A stretch of DNA of 30,666 nucleotides, from the NCBI GenBank assembly GCA_964645365.1, contig CAZXZM010000001.1, positions 8,677 through 39,342 of the forward strand. Reading direction: 5' to 3'. The notes beneath the pieces are model-generated. The model saw only the letters and a list, made by a program, of their open reading frames with translations, did not search any database and was not told the origin of the DNA. Both the position numbers and the translations under genes were made by a program. This stretch comes from an uncultured Pseudomonadota bacterium (GTDB lineage Bacteria > UBA10199 > 2-02-FULL-50-16 > JAJFLM01). Below are positions 30,601-30,666 of the stretch, in pieces; position 1 is the first letter of the stretch, and the number at the start of each line of letters is the position of its first letter.

Positions 30601-30666
30601 ATTATGAGGATCCCCACTACGTCATCGTCATGCAGGGTGAGTACAACGAAGAGGGGCTCCCGCTGT
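3555..30666 (+). CDS. Giant (>9,037 aa, 3'-truncated) secreted/surface multidomain protein with Cys-rich, TSP3, cadherin-like, Ig-like, cohesin-like and dockerin-like modules
   Basis: ATG 3555 follows an in-frame TGA (3552-3554). Manual translation found no in-frame stop to the window end, and the ORF track contains no ORF in this frame, consistent with it running off the edge. It starts MDRIGFKIPLFFLLLVGFVVLTG and gives coherent domain motifs throughout. Confidence 0.93.
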   Translation, partial: MDRIGFKIPLFFLLLVGFVVLTGQEKFSGGGGCSCGGKKSEEGEIVGPPTGPGAETPCKFDSNCSTGQICSAIGKCTVPAECSLDVDCPEASQICSKGSCIESGGSCSADSDCPVNQSCSEESCVGGGTSCSIAADCPDGQACREEICSVIGEIPCSLHSECPQGVYCSLGECAPGLDTCTTSEECQAGTICLNETCVPTGGGCDEHSNCALGSYCESGDCVPAGLPCTAPNQCPTETTCINGGCIEGGESCDEHTDCPEGQSCQDGTCAIGAEDCTIDEECGVGNECINGVCVTGEVPPLEDNQPPQFLNPGNKSVVAEESLSFTLEATDPDSDPLQFAMTGLEGTGANLDDENGEFSWTPAIGQAGNIFNVIFIVSDGTESVEQIITIEVLPLLPVGEGVEGALIGYAVNPGTCGLWNEFFEDVGEGAYTGLLYDLTQPCTGTVNTFLVDGPTTNATNNLSVILLPAATLPEIRGIVQGDQDVDDTPRVYQGSPSLQLYAQVTNAQGQPVGANTPVAVDLLIADISKASAAGIYQAGGIFRANLAVPPAEFQGGADVDAEVRIAAAGQVITTPVRLKALPPPLVLGEGQAGLVLPQQRFFEGQELTVSIQTNTFQASTPQTVAGFQFTVRYDADTLDFVGVEKGFHGTRFNDIQHVTNDIGGGEKTVTFNSILNQQASTGAPPVSAPDDPTTPADERLIELATLTFRAKVDADTTASFSGVKNELLKVAEGDTALGEQGEELIIADHAGVDDGLDPTGEVQLLQKEWRGLLSWPTNNVLIDRSWANAGLKATGQIQVRGVRNDSSGLIDATGDAIFGPAVPDFIQWTAAPGSFEASATGTQDITVNHEGFSNDLQVRVFYADPADIFADTDHETFDTTLNKIAGTDEYQNTQLRIVWTPSGLLTPDGEPLEINLTPHLTFSENGSVSYDEATGLVSAIAPGAGSIEVQGAGGSLPDIPFTVSDDEAALDHLQVATAANLFLQIGSNGSPLDDPIPVPATVGTTQASQIHSFVTNQFESLDQEAPITVWAHFTDGKKSLFTNRVDLTSDDTNTVVVDGTRSVATGHGSTFVNANHPATGQTAKGRIGVTLPEIDSLTITTDHPRIARNDNDPSALLLGLPIETQAHATVNFQGGGTWEATTDDRATFEVIENSTLASINNDGDITSLNAGGGRVKIRATLQDIPNPGEILTATKTFWVMTLKDLEIRTCEDFTYPTDANQFTPAIGGSSCVVDSTSTYIEGTNDRQWMRPSIEGIWSDDTRIDLLNLDHADNLLEHNLESAEASGHFDLLHPEMGLWQIAPHTITPDEGFALTAEYPLIPGPDVDISHTIHINNDRVEITQLYLRGTDGISGGMTDSDVTFNDTFSGIKESGVTNLRVVAQMSDGTRRLVASEGAQNTTTGGPLLSLALNNQDLPHQPASAPSDYASLEDPIGGALMIRGNGGVTLTADLSNDSGDDYPGQDYVVAANLTPATGDMDLGSATGRFVKVLGDEETITVPVRLSTGAENLAGFQVKIRYNAAVLSAQIADIVPGPLAGEALISNVNTYALTSLEADGDPNRTGEIVLVGTFSPGQEPTGISEVARVRLTAHKGDTLYTQITGTIHALVNPAQNTIGPVIPDGGRVMIAGSGFVDPGVLGDCNGDGSFSVADVVHLQQMLLSSPAFSVECNYTQTDSHLNLEDAFRGMQILAGLFHFVTTTVTDLGNGIYKVDVLLQDAAGNPVTDSPHHQVRLTIGSIENPAINGTYLATHEANGHYTFTLPALTYNGQLSVAVRLAILDDQDPPHEKNAVQLGTQNFAAIGSGDTDNPCDTVTCPVGLACDPDNLNCVDLCDGISCPTEGEVCDPASGNCVDDVIDHCAGVSCDPDLTCNPASGECQGGCTDDSDCPAGQACHSTLLQCENDSDGDGDPDSEDEDDDGDGIPDDEDPCPTDPLNLCVEGPTDCVDDSDCPVDFVCNDIEHVCEPSALVNEAPFFPVSPTDKEVIGGNTLTFTIEAIDPEGEELLYFMDTSNDIDCIGLGLEIPVEVFDETTGEFSWETTVADICDHTVTFIASDGINETEATVEIRVLPDPGDIIDPLDLVRGARVDFESNPGLWTGDWWREEIGNDNGYYDGHLIRLAKPGNGSITARLTGGDPEPNQSQNIAIAGEPARAFLITNRNEVFAEDAQVGAFAFVTDSQGRPIANTTVTFTVGANSFAANPVPTETGIYYRSLTLTGTSSITLQVAGVAEQPSQDITFVPNATPLNLPDERVGIPLPQRKLYENESFTVPVLVNTGTKNLVAFRIALNIGTDFEVTAIVKGAGIDSDATTFGALSTIPTTLPTDNSITFGSALSQGVAPQGTVEVARVTFRAKSAIANLPKTITFTGTALELKGQTTSGAEDILAGNGQPVLFADHTGTTDASGALRVEPNAAEGIFAYASEPYVLNATPLLASPDGTGNVITKVIHRLSANAVETLPAANADSYASSDDGVVTIDDNGNYQGVATGEANLEISYQSFDFDEIGVVSSVISNDEIAVEASDLILNLITGTDPPTYQTGQVHTYWEVPDRQQANGTPVQIDLTESASLSYLSDGCVTLDAAITGLVKNNVAVAAADCGTVTVSNGADDLATLNFSISDETKTPEAFITVPAWVGIHDAPDVPVLASSELNYSTQTTTARVTDVFTEYEQEIPLRVSLEFADDGDVRMEVTEEATAFSSDDEAIATVDGATKQATGLASGITTLRASYNDIEAIGRIKGDIPIPDVNINGCVNIARTAEDPAALLKGLATESTITVTLPNGDNITDQLSFTVSAGADVIEVFDDNSYRSLETTGGPFTITIETDGFLGIPNQTCTAFVMTITDLAAEATEDYDSGNFNNRVPDSYYSLIEGTAHHQRGRLLIEATWSDESTSLIGPDEEALLNSVAGGDNFNFSGDDHVDRLPVATAAAGSWPTGYWQLVPTAAPHTDIVTVTLDDIVAAPITTQKTIATANDRTNVTDLIIRGSAPTILNHVPRFETFDATMALVAGNSSDLNVDALFGGDRTDATDAAVTGNPRYRLATEGSQTIADFLVTNVVEEKFTGQPDAPDLPATVEGNGTVIATRNGVDVVTWTLDPDQDATLSKEYRAAVNLKPGGKDVDLGAETGRFVKVFSNGQTMSLTLSANTDGEDLTGYEVHLFFNPAVLTVDPDSLANAPDGTSGVSLIDHPTDTNPDLQRELILAGTINLPYPSGTVNLGTLDFVADGDKDHAITLFTGTSKLPTEEEPGATANPLVAASGWVDPAPFKNYCADAALYDINDVSCLQIDVLNDGANDALGDYNANALANMYDVFLGLQIVLRKNHFTSLEQPAPNQLEVRVVNNQDDPVTTGSEVTLTIVDNQTPANTVTFNDGSNSVSGTTVEDAGTGLFTAQLNPLQHNDMVTFNVGLTTTLASGTYTFSYDQPLAITGTDGDLTCTLDGGECGEDQLCVDTNADGVVDSCHGGDSCTSDLECTNGQICTDGTCQGGEVCTTNSDCSDNQVCSAGSCTGGNDCSDDGDCSTGQQCVNETCQGGGICTTDGDCAGGSVCDPLQGLCLFPDGECDSNEDCVGDQVCDPATNACSDPGGSCIADIYCPVPGEICLGGTCQGGGGCTNDSECPLAEQSCVDGTCEGGETCEEAADCGDQLTCSAAGTCVPDEDNDDVPDEIDNCPGLANPGQEDGDDDGVGDACDTDNSCTTDEECPADQICNTAADNPECVIGPDGDGDGVTDTKDNCSDDSNADQADDDLDGIGNECDDEISGEPVWGAKLSALTQKVRAATGVDTVGEWKGHFDDHHFTIGPAEDGNYSSELLNLTPAGQGKTRTSVEEGPQSSFQGYAIAPAQSELQQKTTRGTVAENLPDTLYKAQRLTADRQPVATGQSHNFSPGNAAANPASDTTDDNGFVESLLTIADAQFTGPADGNAAIGTETITARARPAVADCGGDICIWLETSFIPIFPNGNLTVPIVLNAGAETIDNFDVQIDFNTTDLEFVGIESSLPNFVSNPNPNIDGYSRFTAFDIGAGGSNTVLATLTFRGNALGDGETTRSTDLSGTIESLYAEGNIEVTGATFRVRDADGFHFNPAEVTVNQPVLRELFAWSSQPVIYQGLGEPTYDIIAQALREDGEMIDVSEEIETSEDDVTNDDGTISRTVTITHPDCEDCEASFTIQIYPISELNLIIDDVVLGQVTNLPGTPYQHTPHRVEAVYADGTTRELRSETALVLTPEGADPGAVNVDVANGLIQGDSVGIVTVSLPDSYVAGGIQSVAVTVNDDPIPLTELHLVVPASIGANLNTIPAAPNRRALEAQVTSVFTAIETDPDAASPNPDAQTTLRLLGLAADPAEAPQDISALLETDDIEITPDAAGIVAIEDRTITATGPGQVNLSTKLVGTGITDPNTIVDVILPEGELIVKKLPGNEEIPTTGAIKLALEPGDITETLKGYQAEERYQVFAQFASSAPINVTATAIYQKIDPNDRYTQTLDGDELVLTSNETSAGPAQLQITALGLSRTIPVDVVTLQAMELTMRAPYPETEGAPPKTTLFKIENSSAYQWVRAWAFALLTDGDRVDLFSFKENPNLNLDVIGTASLSPESRWFVRGANAGNATVTVGWTGYEDKTDSVGLTVTNTQADITALVIDSPQFSAGNNAVSPATDKTLSIPDERSAPFSVLATYTPDGTQALPIRSDDQTVEVPNLLTLTSNDLKTGPPDEYTLENYLSFDDGVPEESALTIHENGAVELNVTINPIVNFATETSTTLNVATNIALTLGDVDLGETVGVPFPDRSGELFEIPVFIKIGNSNGERALSNFDIQINYDPEVLSIAHADGTFGLTAYQDPAGAISLGTDLVGKSYSLQPGADPDLGRVNLVLWSTGSNSANHAVIEVARIRFKALKPVGNEVTLITGTLNGLYDSTDAAIPVAGTLPRAIVAGAGELDPPGTPRGDLTGNNLFSSEDVQAIQNALVSGAAGSLPLPDADCWPDEVINSNDPSMCAKIIAGQAPFMDFTFEYPYQSDQGRVRLQTTLTDNADGNIDATAARVTYQISGTPYTGNELATFSSNVFEKILTDLDTAGDLEVIVQVEGLSAGGDVLWSHHYMGTQPVRTIAINPGDLDPDEDEDGDGVDNGTDNCPFTFNPGQEDGNGNDIGDACDDCAPTPDGDGDGVGDACDNCADIPNLDQIDEDHDAIGNACDNCLSISNNDQANSNGNLIGDACEGLDQDDDGDGIPNGEDNCLDVANPDQDDGDEDGIGDLCESCTQTSECATGLVCVAGTCTDEGGSCTPETVDTDCAPDQICIDGACDGGGACDDTSDCPLGDQVCHEGTCVSLCPNGTPAIDGECEPSETGAPSFVGLTNETTRIAGETVDITFTVEDPDGPDETLVEMSSVEGTPDHSTFATIPDLATHTTEGHLVWTTVLEDIGDYHLTFTATDDDGHETLATLTIHVIENPALGGLPVVGAKVSFDSDPSTMARWEERWWDQETAADGQYIGPFGGLFQTGSFDLLGQIDGSLFQADSAEVLRDQREVTINETPTNGFLIAATPEVFQEEADGSGEAQIFAFLTDALGRPYDDEDFTVTVTGAGGANATLTHLDTEEGVYGGSITLPAGQFPNDDYELTLTAPVLAGPPATLLDLVTYSAPPNIPDEFLRAELPQGKFAPNEIFDVPVYVNAGGSNLASFTLTVNFDDRLELIDNSGFKVTAGPGIDPINNGTLTINPDSVTFTGTIGATAAPITGLHALVTTLHFRVKSDAVLPSDVVTTFMSGTIASAQAKVGSGFEDLDSNGEDLLLSDHTGTSDADGDLRLIPDAMQGFFAYASLPVLMHDVAPGNDPLATESGSLITRVVYHSSSDELGEIPVGATVVYHSGDSGIVAFEDASERFYHAVSTDTTTIDVTIDGETSAPTTVRAIAPAIEDFHIELGDTTLSKISGGDDFQTTQGHLVWTVPGVTRPDGTTPLTFDLSAKIKQWNLTEATVGVVTVVDDDGMVTVDPTSESGSVTLQAIGEGPTSEAGDDEIITERTIAIDADTPVAVSDLIIAVPASVLMTEDPTLHADLQNMGTATAMIYATNAFTKYGREAPITYWALFGETVDHDDDPATAPIEVRMPLTGDDLDADLAIDEVSGQQLFDETFISDNNNNKLKVTAACPTGEEATCDTNVNATYRGTTYSTPLYVAIIAPDVDIIGDTLLARSADDLSATLYNPPLPVSTQLEIQNHETEQDITSHFSFSIAPEQQNIATTTPEGLVTADAAGPGGEVTVTIHNEDGFLGILDQTYVIQVITLESLTPEVYEDYDPATRPGYNPATGEKFASAHSETVLQLVEQGGDKWQQARLCLKGTWNNGVTFYLDDAAVVLNEVSGEGLSGDLEIEIPGVFSLEATDANPDSNWPGCWRVTTDSATADPFTVSLTGDSVAEDFNDIAITLTADATDGNHVQVDDLEIRGRGGINNQTVDIASDTGMLSADATFKATVDSTANLWIKSTFSDNARFVLVDDNDQVFDGFVLFNDFAEIPLPNPAPAAAPSATISVDGQLRIDANGAVGMTVALAADLAPAYSRPHRIANNLLPTNDGDVDIGPTTGRFMPVLGGAPIPIRINVGAGSFDTTTIEIDYDPRVLLFNTASYTPAANIAWIPKNEPTSVETMTTATDAPCPADPSDPCEATFTLTAWSTAASAPTGTITLGTIQVIGRKFPGHTVTELTGNATTSLADATEVTKDPIVAGTGWVDPPGLKDYANADGLHTPGDVTQLLIDINNPAIGGTGVSDLPDGHGGWLGDYDDSGTANASDVLLGRQILSSWFYFHDITTTGGDGNYTLNIQLLNKNNVAITTGTTVTVDVTNMNPLNTVLFDGAASATMTPDDPFTIPMTVTYNDSITLRFELAVDVGGSTGTNSTYVYRTLSFDGSSGNPPLCPEDKEYCADFDQCCDSGCGDAGSCVDVICPAGQQLVGDGCVPIPCAGNDDCPYNATCSSGVCIDVCDESIAPACSDGESCQPGPGHTGICDDPCSGVVCSGDLTCQVIDEELQCCDADGDNCEEIVCGMGLVALDDDQDGTIDQCGTCIEDTVYNETTHQCEPYEPCGVNEVFVDGLCCDEAIPFVVDGQCCDSADGLGACEGSECPEGQSYNEDAESCQCPDGSTPAEGPCPLNTDPVFMQPALTTYSVLPDQVVNFVVNAFDSDGDTIVYSMSENDPLLIPDESFDPDTGIFNWTATDAAIGNHTLEFTAQDVNPDGDPIGDGTIRTVTIQVTDGTVAGEAVFGAHVVFTTVRDDGFAKGRWDGIWWEDDGTPDGHYTGHLLDLAFPGTESIGAQALEGITTETNALDIILNSDATRGHLVLARNDVYPDDSMLSVYALVTDDFGRPYHGNAVITVETAGHGSETLTKAPGKPGIYEGLLTLNGFDAVDQPITAILKAGGVTLLNTAGAADEEQALTLKETVEDLNLVAGHAGLQIPKRPYSPNETFDVPLYIDTNGLGLFSFSIDVTFDSSRVEFTGNKITLVAGFDPINPATLHAETDTITLLSGSASNQLVGAGKQLLGTLHFRVRNGAAIAPVNFSGTATELFYSASGAQTPLAGHGQALQLADGGGNGSGDLALVGTELRGILAHAKDSQLFGTVLGGLSLPNDLTQSSIQLYKVENNGTLSLVAAGSATCNDTADKVSDACVNFAATTEGIAILEVEYSEHGGTKTIDNLQVQVDWIEGNSIDAGGDIELATDDSDGTIKKLGGTDSYPKVHTHAIWHRGDGVRLDLTSHTTLTSTDNAVFTVSDGIITVQGTGSANLEGLGANLPLTVVDEIEDFNIEVAVPAHVAMESVTTPVNLAGIDTDGRGTSEVIASVVNTFTHLDDEAPVTVSAISVDGSRFDITDEVIAAEGLSIGDDSLVDFKADDSNIVIPKTTGEHTTTVTAEYASKLPVSSNVHLNITAPPTTLNGCEPVARSNDDASAKVLGLPISRELSVTYNGGADTIPTGNINFVVTSGSELVKTTEVEGSQQLEDNNIVEVEDDLDTGGIVVIELEVNYLGFPNQVCTLPVMTLTGLSASTYEDYDPADLPHYTAADGIFAATVADNTISKIEGQVAEWQRVRLVIEGTWTDGTSTYLGPVQRDQIGGDFEITLPDANYGQGDVFDENSDDGASPSGWPGSYRLTATAGASSGDITVGVAEPSATSTLDPATHDMTFENSATTFNPAGTIVRGEHTGIGNGLEVGIDNVQVGVINGDEDFDATLMGFAGTAYPLTVVGQFTDGERMIVASETSNVTGTDLVTFEVEELEPPQMAAVDLPASVAVDADGNITPSANGAVRIPIKVATTESALKEYDLISNLHPVEEDLDIGPTAGRFVPVLSGGGAQPTLAVRVNTGAGNISIFEFALNYNPQVVTFDVAGISGPTGFTVEANIDPPDAQTAGGIDSAQLLVSGSYVGAAKSGIVTIATIPIASAPKGGDGYFELTGSATTVVDNGGLTTLSTPEVTAAKGWVDPGGIKNYADESGEGTYGPYDIARLKQDIIAGIQAPLVDQYSNAPATELLGDYNGGGIQPGNPADAPKADSFDTGLALQINTLKFHFTYLTLTPTGATGHYLFRAHLFDKTGTATCANGIEFDHYDVGVPGNTILFDDAIPACTETLAEKYYEAEVTVAYDATIGLKATVTTETATGSNPIAVLGRFTVQGEEGVLPVCLEGTTYCAASDQCCEGADEDICGGSCSDPICPVGYEIDPATDICVPTTCVNDNQCPFDAQCTDGFCTDVCDGVTCGDGESCYPTGNHNSDCGDPCEDVICAADFECELVGDQAECCDEDNNCNEIDNCEPGTFLIDDDHDGLFDRCGICSEGTEYNVATGQCLPEACEQAADCAGNETCDLVSGDCIPCPPGQIRDPANDNACIACPDDSDPACSLACPEGTSWNNNINACASECEANEPLLLPDGSCASCPAGHIYDPSENKCKYIFCEEDEIDPGNETLNEALDQNQLELSVDYTTLAAKLNAFENRTIFFVAPNGSDTIPGDPGGGATEEEETAYEEGLLRGTVDKPLASVAKALELIEAKGDYEDPHYVIVMQGEYNEEGLPL
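3726..4433 (+). repeat. Ten tandem ~24-aa four-cysteine repeats C-x5-C-x(5-6)-C-x(4-5)-C
   Basis: Examples: CSADSDCPVNQSCSEESC, CDEHTDCPEGQSCQDGTC, CTIDEECGVGNECINGVC. Confidence 0.9.
4464..4733 (+). other. Cadherin-like / He_PIG-type Ig domain (unit 1)
   Basis: NQPPQF...FTLEATDPDSDPLQF...GEFSWTP...FIVSDG...ITIEVL. Confidence 0.75.
5340..5740 (+). other. Cohesin-like domain A1
   Basis: GQELTVSIQTN...VAGFQFTVRYDADTLDF...ELATLTFRAK follows the cohesin consensus (tVpV...gfqf.i.YD...L.f ... la.ltFk). Confidence 0.65.
7980..8430 (+). other. Cohesin-like domain B1
   Basis: TITVPVRLSTGAENLAGFQVKIRYNAAVL...GISEVARVRLTA. Confidence 0.65.
8466..8630 (+). other. Dockerin-like module 1
   Basis: GDCNGDGSFSVADVVHLQQMLL (canonical first F-hand loop plus helix), followed by a degenerate second repeat, TDSHLNLEDAFRGMQILAG. 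Confidence 0.7.
8979..13840 (+). repeat. Super-unit 2 of the mega-repeat
   Basis: Follistatin-N-like CDGISC/CAGVSC repeats and a TSP3-like acidic stretch (8979-9440), cadherin-like (9459-9758), FVTDSQGRP (~10071), cohesin A (~10317-10680), Big_2-like SSDDxxVxxxD repeats, cohesin B (12894-~13310), dockerin-like (~13338-13499). Confidence 0.8.
13845..18858 (+). repeat. Super-unit 3 of the mega-repeat (most divergent; no cadherin-like domain)
   Basis: About 9 four-Cys repeats (13845-14501), TSP3 repeats (14508-14810), Big_1-like TDDNG motif, cohesin A (~15380-15720, LTVPIVLN...FDVQIDFNTTDLEF), cohesin B (17838-~18320, FEIPVFI...FDIQINYDPEVL), dockerin (18354-18521). Confidence 0.75.
18354..18521 (+). 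other. Dockerin-like module 3
   Basis: GDLTGNNLFSSEDVQAIQNALV ... ADCWPDEVINSNDPSMCAKIIAG gives two loop-helix repeats. Confidence 0.7.
18861..19280 (+). repeat. Thrombospondin type 3 (TSP3)-like Ca2+-binding repeats
   Basis: DEDGDGVDNGTDNCPFTFNPGQED, DGDGDGVGDACDNC, DDDGDGIPNGEDNCLDVANPDQDDGDEDGIGDLC. Confidence 0.85.
18861..24230 (+). repeat. Super-unit 4 of the mega-repeat
   Basis: TSP3 block, 3 four-Cys repeats, cadherin-like (~19560-19860), FLTDALGRP (~20199), cohesin A (~20472-20830), cohesin B (23220-~23670), dockerin-like (~23697-23889, LGDYDDSGTANASDVLLGRQIL). Confidence 0.8.
24234..29495 (+). repeat. Super-unit 5 of the mega-repeat
   Basis: Cys block (24234-24935), cadherin-like (24939-25241), LVTDDFGRP (~25557), cohesin A (~25848-26180), cohesin B (28467-~28895), dockerin-like (~28920-29150). 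Confidence 0.8.
29502..30311 (+). repeat. Sixth Cys-rich block, paralogous to 24234-24730
   Basis: Aligns by eye with the unit-5 Cys block (YCxxxDQCC, CPxG, CPF/YxAxC, DGESC, DPC, ECC/QCC, DDDxDGxxDxCGxC). Confidence 0.85.
30435..30666 (+). other. Start of DUF1565 / right-handed beta-helix (pectin-lyase-like) domain, truncated
   Basis: IFFVAPNGSD...GTVDKPLASVAKAL...VIVMQGEYNE matches the typical N-terminal cap (yV.p.G.D...GT...Pf.ti..A......I.v..G.Y.E). Confidence 0.65.

Noticed and set aside
1-30666. rRNA, tRNA, IS/transposase or phage genes
   Set aside because: The window is almost fully occupied by four CDSs, and no such signatures or terminal inverted repeats were seen.

Overview
The first 3.4 kb holds three ordinary genes: the 3' end of an MrpD/NuoL-type antiporter subunit, a small SprT-like HExxH metalloprotease on the minus strand, and a membrane-embedded spermidine-synthase-like SAM-binding protein. 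The remaining 27.1 kb (3555 to the window end) is one uninterrupted + strand reading frame of more than 9,037 codons. The supplied ORF track misses it because its stop lies beyond the window, and all track ORFs after 3531 appear to be its shadows. It encodes a giant, very acidic, signal-peptide-bearing surface protein built from five diverged copies of a ~1,650-1,800 aa super-unit: variable Cys-rich/TSP3 Ca-binding spacer, cadherin-like domain, Trp-rich unassigned domain, Big_1-like Ig, cohesin-like A, Big_2-like core, cohesin-like B, dockerin-like module and a beta-rich cap. A sixth Cys block and the start of a DUF1565/beta-helix-like domain follow. About 10 cohesin-like and 5 dockerin-like modules on one chain suggest a non-cellulosomal giant scaffoldin or self-assembling adhesin. 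Upstream lies a candidate complete sigma54 promoter (TGT-N10-ACA enhancer, perfect IHF consensus, GG-N10-GC). Gene styles suggest a deltaproteobacterial/Myxococcota-like host (inference only). All domain calls are from manual translation and motif recognition, without HMM searches, and domain boundaries are approximate.
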